From contig JBHLRO010000027.1 in the NCBI GenBank assembly GCA_048882505.1, forward strand, positions 4,940-36,939: DNA of 32,000 nucleotides, in the 5' to 3' direction. Under the pieces are notes generated by a model that saw only the letters and a list, made by a program, of their open reading frames with translations, ran no database searches and was not told the DNA's origin. Made by a program: the position numbers and the translations under genes. Position 1 is the stretch's first letter, and each line of letters starts with the position of its first letter. Shown in pieces: positions 8,226 through 18,100 of this stretch. The stretch comes from Candidatus Thorarchaeota archaeon (GTDB taxonomy: Archaea; Asgardarchaeota; Heimdallarchaeia; Hodarchaeales; Hodarchaeaceae).

Positions 8226-10058
8226 TTAGTATTTGGGTCTTCTAACGTATTTGTTCGCGATTTTTCGGAGATTAATATCACGGAGGAGATGATATTGACG
8301 CAGCTTTTTGATACTCGCAGGTGAAAACGCTGAGAGAGGTATGTGAACAATGCGTTTTCCCTGTTTTCCTGCATATGCCTGAACATGTCGGGAAGGTGAA
8401 TCTTTTGCTACGTACACAATCAACTTTTCTCTTGCCCACGCGATTCCATTTAACAGCAGAACATCAGGTGGACGTTCGGTACTATATTCTGGATAAAATT
8501 GGATACCGCGAGGTGGAAACACTGAGGTACACCCTCCTATCTCTACACGAGAGATGCCTGGACCCACAAGTTGCTCTCCAGGCGCGGTAGAATAGAGTAG
8601 CAGATCGGATTCTCGGGCATGTTCAGCATACAAAATTTCCCAAAACGGGTATTTGTCAATTTGAGGATCGAACACGATTACAACGACATCTGTGGTTCCT
8701 GGAAATGGAGGGAACTCTCGGACATATAGTTTTCCAGTATGAACGTTTCGAATGGTTTCCCGATAATCAATTCCATCTAGTAATGATGAGGTAAACTCAT
8801 AGGTCCTGGTTTTTTCAGTGGTTACTGTTCGTTTTGCTTTCCGACGAATAAAGTCGAAGTAACCCTCATGATACTGCTCGTCGGGAACATGCCCCCATAA
8901 TCCAACCCCTATATCCCAGATATCCCGCCATTGGCCTGGGTAATCTTCTTCGGGCCGTTCACGAAGCCATCGATGGATATCTGCGTCGTATTGGGTGAAC
9001 AATCGAGGCAAATGACGGCGGATGCGAATGGTTTCCCCATCTAGGAACGCAAAAGTTGGTTGGATGTCAATGAGGGGGAGATCGCTCGGCGGGGGATCAT
9101 TAGGGGGATATTTTTTTCCAGAAGTGTAAACATCCCATGCATAGTCATCTGAAACGCAGGCCTTTGCGGCCCGGATGATTTCCATGAAATCAGGAAAGTA
9201 CAAGTCCTTAACCAGCGCAAGATTTCGGGAATACTGCATTAAGAGTTTGTACTGCGTAACATTGAGCTTTTTACCCGTGAAATCATTGTATGAATGTTCT
9301 GCATCTTTGCATAGATCGCGCAACGCTAAACCCTTTGAGAATTGATCCTTTTGTTTTATATAAAGCCAAGTGAAAAGGGGAATTTCTCCAAGGATTTGGG
9401 GTAAGGAATCCAGGGTTGGAGCGGCCAGTTTGATGGTAGTTGAATCAAATTGGAACTGTTTGGGAGTTAATGGTATTTCTTGCGTCGGTTGTTTTAACCA
9501 GCTCACAATATGTTGCCAATGGGCGATGCCTCCCACCCATAGCACTCGTTCTGCTGTTTCCATGAGTTCATAAAGACGATGTGCCATCACAGCCTCACGA
9601 GTCTTATCTAGCGGCGATCGAGTGTAACCAGAGAGTGTGGGCTCAATGAGATCAAAAAACTGGGTTAATTTAAGCGAATTCAAAGCATATGGGTCTGGGA
9701 ATGGTGAAAAAGGAGCTGGGGATGTCGGTTCAACTAGCATATCAACAAAGTACGTGTGTATATCATTTTCCTCTGCTAACCGAAGGGCTTCCACCATTGA
9801 ATCGCAGGGATCGATGGGCAAAAAAGTGCTCATCCCGCCTTGAGGTAATAAATCAGGGAAGAGTACGATAGTTACCACGGGTAACCGTTTAATCCCCCTC
9901 AAAAATGTTTCACGTATAAACGGGGGGAGCTCCACCGCAATGACATCGGGAACTATCTCGTAGAAGGCACTTCGAACCTTTAGAGCGAATTCCACCGAAA
10001 AATGAGCAGATGGCACACCGTAAAGGTTTTCATACTGGAAATAATCTTGATCAGCCAT
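8226..10058 (-). CDS. 610-aa hypothetical partner of the MoxR-type ATPase; N-terminus TraB/Tiki/DUF5682-like
   Basis: Long clean ORF overlapping the ATPase stop by 8 bp; motifs SAHF, PDVIAVELP, REAVMA and VLWVGGIAHW. Confidence 0.75.
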   Translation of the reverse strand: MADQDYFQYENLYGVPSAHFSVEFALKVRSAFYEIVPDVIAVELPPFIRETFLRGIKRLPVVTIVLFPDLLPQGGMSTFLPIDPCDSMVEALRLAEENDIHTYFVDMLVEPTSPAPFSPFPDPYALNSLKLTQFFDLIEPTLSGYTRSPLDKTREAVMAHRLYELMETAERVLWVGGIAHWQHIVSWLKQPTQEIPLTPKQFQFDSTTIKLAAPTLDSLPQILGEIPLFTWLYIKQKDQFSKGLALRDLCKDAEHSYNDFTGKKLNVTQYKLLMQYSRNLALVKDLYFPDFMEIIRAAKACVSDDYAWDVYTSGKKYPPNDPPPSDLPLIDIQPTFAFLDGETIRIRRHLPRLFTQYDADIHRWLRERPEEDYPGQWRDIWDIGVGLWGHVPDEQYHEGYFDFIRRKAKRTVTTEKTRTYEFTSSLLDGIDYRETIRNVHTGKLYVREFPPFPGTTDVVVIVFDPQIDKYPFWEILYAEHARESDLLLYSTAPGEQLVGPGISRVEIGGCTSVFPPRGIQFYPEYSTERPPDVLLLNGIAWAREKLIVYVAKDSPSRHVQAYAGKQGKRIVHIPLSAFSPASIKKLRQYHLLRDINLRKIANKYVRRPKY

Positions 10059-10929
10059 CGAACTTTCCTGCTTGCTGTTCGCTTTGAACTTTGAAGTCTA
10101 ATGCATCCTGATCAATAACCTGTCGAATTGCCTGGTTTATATACTCGTTATGTGAGCGCTGGTGCATTACCCCTAGCTTCAATGCATAACGCCCAATATT
10201 GACCCCATCTCGAACAGTATATGGGCGATCTTCATCATGGCCAGCTTGGAGGAAAGTTACGATCTGTCGAACTAAATCATCAGGAGCAAACGGGAGGTTA
10301 TATTTTATTATCCTATATTCATCCTCGGCCCCAGGAAATCCCACTTCGATGATTGGCTGGAGCCGTGAATCGATATATTCCGGGATTTCATAGGTTGAAG
10401 CATCCTCGTTTACTGTTACGCAGGTGCGGAAGTCAGGATGGGCATAAACAGTAATTCCAGCGACAATACTTTCAATATATCTCCGATGATCCAAGAGTGG
10501 TGCCAAAGACGCCCAAGACTTTTCAGACATCCGATTTCCCTCATCCAAAATACAGACCCCCCCATGAATCATGGCGGTGACAAGTGGGGAAGCGTGATAC
10601 TTGATTTTTCCCTCAGCTGAAATTACCGGTGTTATCAGGAGATCTTCTGGACGTGTATCCATTGTACATTGATAGATCCAGCAATTTTCGTTCAACAATT
10701 TCGCACAGGAAAACGCAAGTGTGGTCTTTCCAATCCCTGGTTTCCCAATTAGACGTGGGGTGAGGGGGAGATCTTCTGCATCGACCTTAAGCCAGGCTGC
10801 CAGAAGCTGGCGTTTCAAGGCATCTTGACCAATCCATTCGGTTTTAAAGTCGACGGGAGGATTAAGAAATAGTTGAACTCCTTGGATCTCGGTAGTTTCA
10901 AAAATAGGTTTGTGAAACGGAGTGGTCAT
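10051..10929 (-). CDS. MoxR/CbbQ/NirQ-type AAA+ ATPase (AAA_5)
   Basis: Walker A GKPGIGKTT, Walker B CILDEGNR, APLLDHRR and HPDFRTCVTVN. Confidence 0.92.
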   Translation of the reverse strand: MTTPFHKPIFETTEIQGVQLFLNPPVDFKTEWIGQDALKRQLLAAWLKVDAEDLPLTPRLIGKPGIGKTTLAFSCAKLLNENCWIYQCTMDTRPEDLLITPVISAEGKIKYHASPLVTAMIHGGVCILDEGNRMSEKSWASLAPLLDHRRYIESIVAGITVYAHPDFRTCVTVNEDASTYEIPEYIDSRLQPIIEVGFPGAEDEYRIIKYNLPFAPDDLVRQIVTFLQAGHDEDRPYTVRDGVNIGRYALKLGVMHQRSHNEYINQAIRQVIDQDALDFKVQSEQQAGKFDG

Positions 10930-11269
10930 TACGTAATCTCCCGCTGATTATGCCCATTTTCTGTCAGGTAGTACTATTACAGAGCTTTTTTAGCCTTGGT
11001 CTAATATTCCGCTCATGGTTTGACCAGCATCCTCTTTCGGCTGAAATTAAACTTAGGATTCCTAGCAGGGAAAACCCTAAAGATAAGAGAGTAAAAAGAG
11101 AATTCGAGGGCAGGAGTCCCCTTCAATTCAATCTAGTTTTTACCCAGCTTAGCTCTATGGAATTATAACAGCGATACGGTGACCTCAATGGGAAAGCCTA
11201 TTTTTACTTCTTTCGTTTTTTGATTCAGGTTGTATGGCTTGCTTTTTCTTATGTTGATCTAGCTTGGGA

Positions 11270-11632
11270 TCACAGAGAAGCCCGAGCTTTGTCTAAGTCA
11301 TCTACTCCAAATACGGCTCCTTTATATGAGCCATAAAGTAGGTCAATATTGACCCCAGCGTTTGCCAACCGACGACACGCCTCTCCAAGCGTGCCTGGTT
11401 TATCATCAAGTTCATGTATAATTACTTCTCGTTCTGCACGCACTTCGAATCCAGCTTCCTCTAGTACATTCCTGGCTGACGCTGCATCCTCTACTACAAT
11501 ATGGATTACACCTTCACCTTCACAGGGAAATCCACAAAGTCCTTCCATGTTAATGTTCGCCCTGCCGAGTGCCTCTCCCATATCAGCAAGGGTTCCGGGT
11601 TTATTCTGAAGTATTACAGTTAAATCTCTCAT
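11270..11632 (-). CDS. Tandem ACT-domain protein
   Basis: Two repeats: NKPGTLADMGEALGRANINM and DKPGTLGEACRRLANAGVNI; ATG 11632 follows GGAG. Confidence 0.9.
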   Translation of the reverse strand: MRDLTVILQNKPGTLADMGEALGRANINMEGLCGFPCEGEGVIHIVVEDAASARNVLEEAGFEVRAEREVIIHELDDKPGTLGEACRRLANAGVNIDLLYGSYKGAVFGVDDLDKARASL

Positions 11633-11824
11633 CAAATTCAACTCCGATCTTTTATATTGTACAAATTCCCCGCTATTATAATGGTTTTATAATTGTTTTG
11701 TCCCTTTTTCATCAAACTTATCGTTTAGATCAACATAGCGAATATGTATTCACGAACATCTCGCTTGCTTTATGAGAACTGACACTCTGGCCTTGGACAC
11801 TCCTAGCTGGTCTAGAATCCGGCC

Positions 11825-13027
11825 TTAAATTGACTGCCAACCATTGAAGTAGAACGAGAAGAGAAGATTAGCTAATAAAACTCCAAGGGCAAAATAGCGA
11901 ACAAGCGATAGATGTTGCCGAAAACGGGGCCCGAGATATGAGGCCAGCAATTTGTCCCCATCAAGGAAGGGAATAGGTAATAGATTCATTATAGCCAGCA
12001 TTAGATTGATAGTAAAAATGTAAAGTACACAGTTAAAGAGCCAATATGGGATTAAATTCAAAAAAACTGAGGCGGCAAAAAAGCGGGGGGGAAAGAATTC
12101 CCATGTACGTACGCCAATAAACCCCTTACTCGTGTTATCCGAACGGGGAATGGTTTGAAGAGTAATCGGGAGGATATCTGGATTGGCAAAATGAAAGGTC
12201 AAGGTTTGATTGGGAAAAACGGCTGTGTCTACGAAGCTATGGAAATCATTCACGGAACGGATAATGTACTCTTTACTGGAGGATTCGATCCTTACAATGG
12301 CATAGCCGGGTTTCAATCCAGCTAGTGCAGCCGGATTCTCAGGGATTGTTTCGATGATAAGGGCCCCTTCGGGTTCCGGCTGATACAATGGCGTGATAAG
12401 GAGGGGAAACGCCTGTGGAATGAGGAGAATGAGGAAAAAAAATCCCGCCACGAGCATATTCGAAAGGGCTCCTGCCGCCATGATACGCATGACAGCCCGA
12501 CGAGATTTTGAATTGAGACTCTGTTCATCGGGTTCTACAAAAGCACCAAAAAGTACAAAAAATACAAAAAGCCCGGTGCTTTTGAGTTCAACGCCCTCCA
12601 CACGCGCAGCAATGCCATGAGCAAACTCATGGACGGCAGCCCCAATCATAATCGCAACAAAGAAGTAGGGGAGAGATTGCAATGAGACTGTGATTCCAGG
12701 TATGACTGGAGTCACCACAATAGCTGTACCCCCGTTGGTTCCATCGGAAGGTGGTAGAAAAAAGAGAGGGATGTTAATGGTAAATATTAACAATCCTATC
12801 AGTAAAATTCCGATCCCAGATACGATTCCGATATCAAACACAAATTTCCACCCAACTTTTCCCTTACTCGCCAGTCTATCAATAAGCTGGTTTAACCTGG
12901 TTGTACGGTACATAGCATAACCCAGTCCAATGGAAGGATTCTTGACACTGAACCACGGGATACGCGATATGGTGTGAAGGGTGAACCACGCGAAGGCGAT
13001 TATTAATAAAAACGTTATTGGATCCAC
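11825..13027 (-). CDS. Site-2 protease (peptidase M50) with PDZ insert
   Basis: HEFAH zinc motif, GAFVEPDE, AGALSN and NLLPIPFLDG; the PDZ-like segment is GALIIETIPENPAALAGLKPG. Confidence 0.93.
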   Translation of the reverse strand: MDPITFLLIIAFAWFTLHTISRIPWFSVKNPSIGLGYAMYRTTRLNQLIDRLASKGKVGWKFVFDIGIVSGIGILLIGLLIFTINIPLFFLPPSDGTNGGTAIVVTPVIPGITVSLQSLPYFFVAIMIGAAVHEFAHGIAARVEGVELKSTGLFVFFVLFGAFVEPDEQSLNSKSRRAVMRIMAAGALSNMLVAGFFFLILLIPQAFPLLITPLYQPEPEGALIIETIPENPAALAGLKPGYAIVRIESSSKEYIIRSVNDFHSFVDTAVFPNQTLTFHFANPDILPITLQTIPRSDNTSKGFIGVRTWEFFPPRFFAASVFLNLIPYWLFNCVLYIFTINLMLAIMNLLPIPFLDGDKLLASYLGPRFRQHLSLVRYFALGVLLANLLFSFYFNGWQSI

Positions 13028-13582
13028 GATGTCACATCTCTTAAGATGACGAGAAATATCCCCATAAACCTTTTTCGATTAATTTTCGGCGAATTTTTGG
13101 AACGTTGGCACTGATAGCCACATGTCTCATTGAACCACATCGTAAAGCGATAGAGTTTCTTTTATTTTAAGTGTATTGCCAGGATAAGCATTTAAAAAAG
13201 ACGAGAACGCGTCTTTGGATAATTTTTGATTCATGGTTACCGTAGAAATTCAACTAAAAAACATAGAGTTCTTAAGCATACACCGAGCCGTGGGTGAATC
13301 GGGGACTTGGGCAGAAACCTTGAGCATGTTACTTCCACGCCTTCTCGTGTCATCAGTAAGACAACGGTATTCTTCCTTGAAACGTGCAATGTCATTTAGA
13401 GGTGTCCCCCAAGATAGTCTTGCACTATGAGATTGAAGATGAGGAGGAGATGGTATCGGAGTGAGCAATGACCATGATTTAGGCTTTAGGATCAACATTA
13501 TACTTGAGTACAACCATGATCGATTGTCAAAACATTAATAGACATTGAAATTGCCTGCAATTACAAATCAGATACATTTAGA

Positions 13583-13589
13583 GAGGTGA
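13583..13589 (+). promoter_or_regulatory. Archaeal Shine-Dalgarno GAGGTGA
   Basis: Complementary to the archaeal 16S 3' end; 6 nt before ATG 13596. Confidence 0.7.
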
Positions 13590-13595
13590 AGGAAT

Positions 13596-14993
13596 ATGAA
13601 ATCTAGAAGGACCGTGATCCTATTTTGTACAATCATTTTGTCTATAAATGTATACACAGCATCATCTCTTATCGTCACTAGTACTAATGAGCAAAAGCCG
13701 ATAAGTTCAGTAACGGAAGCAATGAGTACCGTTGAGAAGAAATTAAAGTCCAATGCACAGGTGTTTGAAGAAATAAACGTATCAACCATACTTTCTAAAC
13801 TAAAAACGACAGGAAAGTTTGTTTTATCATTACCAGACAGAGATATCACGTTAAACCTCAATGAGAAGGATTATAATTTGGACTCTTCTGAGGAAATTTA
13901 TTTTTATAACGGATTTGTGGAGAATTATGAAAATAGCGAGGCGTATTTAACATTAGATAATCATCGTATTTCAGGAAGAATAGAATTCCCAACTAAGGAT
14001 CGGGGTATTCAATCATATTCAATTTCGCATATTTCTGACTATATTAATCCAAAGATCAACGAAAAATCACCGATCCATATAATACGGCAATTAAACAAAT
14101 TCAATAATACAGCGTATGATCAAGTAACGAATTCTTTTTATGAATTAACTGAAGACGATATACCAAAATCTGATAATAATTCTGATTACACTTGCTGCGC
14201 CGATCAGGAACAGGAAAATGGAATCATAAGGACTCTTCACGACAGATTATCTTCAATTAGTGCGAGTGGTTACTATGCAAAGGTAAAAATTTTTGCCGAT
14301 TATTACTACTATCAACATTACGGAGACACCAATTGGTATTATATGGATGAAGTGAATTATGTTATTGGCAAATGGGGAGTTTCTGAACAGCAAAATCCTG
14401 ACATTCAAATATCAGTGAAAACAACAGATGTTTGGACAAGTACAAGTGAAGGTGGGGGTTGTTATTCCGCTACAAGTATGTCTGATCTTCTTAGTAAATT
14501 TAGAAGTTGGGGCAATAGCCAAGGCATATTCGGTACCTGGAGCGGGCCGGGACCTGGTGACCATTGGAACGGTGATACTGACTTTGCATTATTAATGACG
14601 GGAAAAGACTGGGCTGATTACCTGGGAATGGCTTACTATCAAGATGCTGGAGTTTACAACTCAGGTACTTATAAGTATGCATTATGTGAAATATGGCCTG
14701 GATTGTTTACAGAAATTGTTGCTTGGGGAATAAGCCATGAGTGGGGGCATTTGTTTGCAGGACATCATGATGCTGCTCATGGGGGTCCATGGGGTCATCG
14801 TGCCTGGGCATGGTGTGATGCTTGGTTTTTTGGAATTTGCACTGGATATCGTCAAACAAATATGTGGTACGGATATATTTTCCTACAAGCTTCGATTGGA
14901 GTCTTTTCAAAGGCAAATGTTGATGGAGCTAGTTCAGCCGAGAATAATATTTATTATATTCGCCAGTGGCGAAATAATTACTTGAGATCTTAG
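13596..14993 (+). CDS. Secreted metzincin zinc metalloprotease (reprolysin/M12B-like) with prodomain
   Basis: N-terminal signal peptide; about 200-aa prodomain ending in TCCAD; DTDFALLMTG strand; GMAY; HEWGHLFAGHHD; Met-turn TNMW. Confidence 0.85.
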   Translation: MKSRRTVILFCTIILSINVYTASSLIVTSTNEQKPISSVTEAMSTVEKKLKSNAQVFEEINVSTILSKLKTTGKFVLSLPDRDITLNLNEKDYNLDSSEEIYFYNGFVENYENSEAYLTLDNHRISGRIEFPTKDRGIQSYSISHISDYINPKINEKSPIHIIRQLNKFNNTAYDQVTNSFYELTEDDIPKSDNNSDYTCCADQEQENGIIRTLHDRLSSISASGYYAKVKIFADYYYYQHYGDTNWYYMDEVNYVIGKWGVSEQQNPDIQISVKTTDVWTSTSEGGGCYSATSMSDLLSKFRSWGNSQGIFGTWSGPGPGDHWNGDTDFALLMTGKDWADYLGMAYYQDAGVYNSGTYKYALCEIWPGLFTEIVAWGISHEWGHLFAGHHDAAHGGPWGHRAWAWCDAWFFGICTGYRQTNMWYGYIFLQASIGVFSKANVDGASSAENNIYYIRQWRNNYLRS

Positions 14994-15023
14994 TAAAAAT
15001 TAAGAGAGTGCTATTGAGAAACA

Positions 15024-15425
15024 ATGCAAGGCAATATAAAGCTCTTCGCTATTGGTGCGATTCCTGTTTTGGCAATTACAGTTCTAGGAATAATATTTCT
15101 CTTCAATGCGGGGTTCCCCGTTATTGATCCAGGTATCACTGAAAATAATTTCACTATCATGATAGTTGAAAGAAAAGCCACTCTGCCTTCCCCTTCTGAT
15201 CCTTTCCTAAATGTATCTGAATCTCAAATTAATCGGTGTATGATCTTAAAAACAGCGTGTCAGGATCTCATTGAGAACGATCAAGATTTGATTGAAATTA
15301 AAATTAATGGTAGCGAATTAACCTGCATTACTTCATTTCTGGAATCACTATCGCCACAAGGTGCCGGTACTTCTTTGATTTACTATCAAGGATTTTATTT
15401 TGAAATTGCCTTCTTAGTAGGTTAA
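15024..15425 (+). CDS. Membrane-anchored hypothetical protein (133 aa)
   Basis: N-terminal hydrophobic helix (LFAIGAIPVLAITVLGIIFLF); 30 bp downstream of the protease gene on the same strand. Confidence 0.7.
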   Translation: MQGNIKLFAIGAIPVLAITVLGIIFLFNAGFPVIDPGITENNFTIMIVERKATLPSPSDPFLNVSESQINRCMILKTACQDLIENDQDLIEIKINGSELTCITSFLESLSPQGAGTSLIYYQGFYFEIAFLVG

Positions 15426-15554
15426 TATTTCATCATATATCGTAAGCAGCGGAATTAATAGTGAAGGAAAGGGAAGAATTCCACGAATCGGAGTGACTGT
15501 CAATAAAGCGAGAGGAATAAGAAGGGAAATTTGGCCTATTTGAGCTCGTGCCAG
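15414..15554 (-). pseudogene. Truncated secreted-protein 5' stub, copy B (CTG start, signal peptide)
   Basis: LARAQIGQISLLIPLALLTVTPIRGILPFP aligns without gaps to the N-terminus of 18714-18962 (13/30 identical); it stops after 46 codons. Confidence 0.6.
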
Positions 15555-15622
15555 GATAGGAACCTCGACTAATTCATATGTTTAACCCCCTCAAAATTTA
15601 AACTCTTTCTTTTTTTTCTGGA
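15451..15622 (-). repeat. Diverged ~170-bp repeat, copy B (promoter + SD + CTG + signal-peptide coding)
   Basis: Shares AGAAAAAA..AAGAGTTTAAATT, GAGG-N5-ATCCTG and CTATTAATTCC with 18858-19031. Confidence 0.75.
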
Positions 15623-15755
15623 TGAGATCACGGAATTAGATGCTAATCACATCCCCTAATAGGTCCCGTCAGAGATCCGAGAGAAAAACGTTTACAACCG
15701 GGTAATTCTCGTACCCCAACCAAACCCATTAAGGAACACCAATTTCTAAGATGTT

Positions 15756-16838
15756 CTAGTTATTCGCAGAACTTAATCGAATACCAAGTCGTGAGACAAT
15801 AAACATGTTAAGAGAAAAAAACCAGATCCAGAATGAATAAATCAGAATGAAGTTGTGCCAATTATTGCTGGTACTAATCCCCCTAAGTGAAACCACAAAA
15901 AATATCTGTACAAGAAGAATTAGTAGAAAGAACCGAAGCCAACGAGGTCTCGGAGGAAATTCTTTGTCTAATCCCTGTAATATATTTCTTATTGTTGCTT
16001 TCTGGATTTTTTTTTCATTATTAGGACGCTCTTTGCGTTGAATAGTGATTCTCCTCCCTTCTTCAACTCCTGACCGATGGTTTAATAAATAAAGATTCAA
16101 TTTGATTCGTATGGGCTGCCAATAATAAACCATAAATGCAATAGAATGCAATAAAGGCCCTGGGAAAAAAATTATAGCCTCCTGAATAACATAAAAGACT
16201 CCATTGTCAAAATAGTAAGAAGTAATAGGATTAGGTATGATTTTATTCAGAATTGCTATAAGAGCAGAAAAAATTGTAAAACTCATAAAATAGAAAATGA
16301 ACCAAACATAAATCCATTTCAAAATAGGTATTTTCGTATTGGTTGCGTAATCTTGCCACTCTTCCAGTTCAGTGGCACTTTTGGGGGGTGGATCACACCA
16401 AGCGAGACAAAACCCAAATAGACCTAATATTATTGTTAATCCAAGGTATAATGTTAGAACAGGGATAACAAGTATCATTCCCCCTGAATCAGTCCTAGAA
16501 GTTGTAAATACCCCGATACCAATAGGAATCATGAAATATCCTGCAATTCCAAAAAATAACCCATAATTATTTGCACTTATTAAAGAAGAAAGTTTTTGAG
16601 TCATTGTTTTAAAAACTAAAAGATCAAGCGTGAAAAATGTCACCAAACAACTAATATAATAAACCGCGGGGCCTACCAAGATCATCAAGAAGTTTTCATC
16701 CTGTGTCCATCCAAAAGGATCCCACCCAGAAATCAACCAACCAAATGTTCCAAGAAAGACTGTAATTGTGGCAGAGGCAGCAAAACAACAAGCAATAAAT
16801 GAATAAATCAAATTTGAAAAAACAGATTGCTGTTCCAC
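15756..16838 (-). CDS. Polytopic (~8 TM) membrane protein, paralogue M3
   Basis: About 8 hydrophobic segments; GWLISGWDPFGW and FFPGPLLHSIAFMVYYWQPI match 19045-20136. Confidence 0.85.
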   Translation of the reverse strand: MEQQSVFSNLIYSFIACCFAASATITVFLGTFGWLISGWDPFGWTQDENFLMILVGPAVYYISCLVTFFTLDLLVFKTMTQKLSSLISANNYGLFFGIAGYFMIPIGIGVFTTSRTDSGGMILVIPVLTLYLGLTIILGLFGFCLAWCDPPPKSATELEEWQDYATNTKIPILKWIYVWFIFYFMSFTIFSALIAILNKIIPNPITSYYFDNGVFYVIQEAIIFFPGPLLHSIAFMVYYWQPIRIKLNLYLLNHRSGVEEGRRITIQRKERPNNEKKIQKATIRNILQGLDKEFPPRPRWLRFFLLILLVQIFFVVSLRGISTSNNWHNFILIYSFWIWFFSLNMFIVSRLGIRLSSANN

Positions 16839-16839
16839 A

Positions 16840-17270
16840 AGATTCCCCTATCTATCATCGCTTTATCTTTAGGATACCTCTCTAATTTCCTAAGGTTATA
16901 TCTTCCTATTGAATCGTTTTATTTAGCTGTCATTAAGATTTGCGTTTTACCTTCATTTTTACTATACAAAATAGAAATCTTGATATGGATTGACATTGAG
17001 TTAAAAGTGAGTCTAAAAGTCCTTATCGTACCGAAGACGAAAAGACCTCCCAATTACTCCCAAATTTTGGCCTCTTTTTGGATGAGAAGTATATTTTTCG
17101 CCCAATATTCCTCAAGCTTATCGTTAGAGTTTGATTTTGTTTCAATGAAAAATCGGAAGCCTTATTAAGCCTAGGTTTTATATTTAAAACAAAGAATTGA
17201 TCAAATCCATCATATTGCCTAGATCAAAGTCAGAAATTGACTTCGCACTGATTAGTGGTACCATTGGTAG
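16840..17270 (-). pseudogene. Possible decayed ORF of unknown function
   Basis: One minus-strand frame reads protein-like across two TAA stops (KLEEYWAKNILLIQKEAKIWE*LGGLFVFGTIRTFRLTFNSMSIHIKISILYSKNEGKTQILMTAK*NDSIGRYNL); no family recognised. Confidence 0.3.
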
Positions 17271-17321
17271 AGGATGAACGAGAATCGATCCATGAAAAGG
17301 TTTAACTTCAATCTTTCTTAG

Positions 17322-17978
17322 TTGATCTTTATGCCGCATATCGAAGCATTTGAGCAAGGCCTAGATCAGAAAAAACCTCAGGTCGATTCTATTAAGATCC
17401 GATGGTGGAATGTTAAACGACGGGTCTACCGATCCTGGCTTATAAAAGATTATTTTACGCATACAATTCGTGATCCAAGTGTCTGGGTTTTTGAAGAGCG
17501 ATGGAAGAATTATCTGGCACTGTTTTTATCTTCTTTTTTCGCATTAACCTTTCTACTATTTCCCCTCGGACTACTGTATTTTTGGATGTTATCTATCTCT
17601 AGTCTCTACGATTTACTTTACTTGATTGGAGTAGGAGGAGCGTTTTTCCCAATAACGTACTTTCTGGCTGCACTCTTGTTGAATAATGCATATAATCAAT
17701 GGTTTCGTTTCAAAAGTACTAAAAAATTAACCCTTGATCGACAATCCCGCCTCCTGGTGTGGGAACTCAAACCGTGGTTGATGAAGGATTCCAAACATCA
17801 AATCCCACTTAGTAGTTTCACCACCCGGATAATCCAACGATCTTCTTCTGATTATAGAAAGATCCATATTGTCAGAGGAGAGACTGAGTTCGCTGCCTTT
17901 GATCTTTATCGATCAGTGGATAGAACCAAGGTAAGGAAGTTTTGGAGTAACCTTAGTACTTTTCTTCAAAAAGCATAG
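17322..17978 (+). CDS. Hypothetical membrane protein (2 TM plus C-terminal soluble domain)
   Basis: 218 aa; two hydrophobic helices followed by a basic beta-rich segment (KKLTLDRQSRLLVWE). Confidence 0.7.
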   Translation: MIFMPHIEAFEQGLDQKKPQVDSIKIRWWNVKRRVYRSWLIKDYFTHTIRDPSVWVFEERWKNYLALFLSSFFALTFLLFPLGLLYFWMLSISSLYDLLYLIGVGGAFFPITYFLAALLLNNAYNQWFRFKSTKKLTLDRQSRLLVWELKPWLMKDSKHQIPLSSFTTRIIQRSSSDYRKIHIVRGETEFAAFDLYRSVDRTKVRKFWSNLSTFLQKA

Positions 17979-18100
17979 GGAACAGATAATTGAATAACTT
18001 TCCATTCCAAGAGGAGAATGTAACTACAGCCCCCACTCTTCACAGTTTTGTGTGAACTACCCTCTTTTCTAAACAGGTTCTCCCCTACCTCTCTGTTAAA

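Noticed and set aside
7627-8590. ORFs 7627-8139, 7904-8143, 8079-8324 and 8321-8590
   Set aside because: They are antisense or alternative frames over the ATL gene and the 610-aa gene, with no motifs.
11825-13027. SREBP-like regulation of the lipid operon by the site-2 protease
   Set aside because: It lies about 8 kb away with unrelated genes between, and no membrane-bound transcription factor substrate is visible.
13233-13513. ORFs 13233-13430 (+) and 13250-13513 (-) in the divergent intergenic region
   Set aside because: They overlap each other, have no clear RBS or family motif, and a transposase remnant could not be supported.
16827-17168. 113-aa plus-strand ORF
   Set aside because: No RBS or motif; probably the antisense of the AT-rich decayed minus-strand frame.
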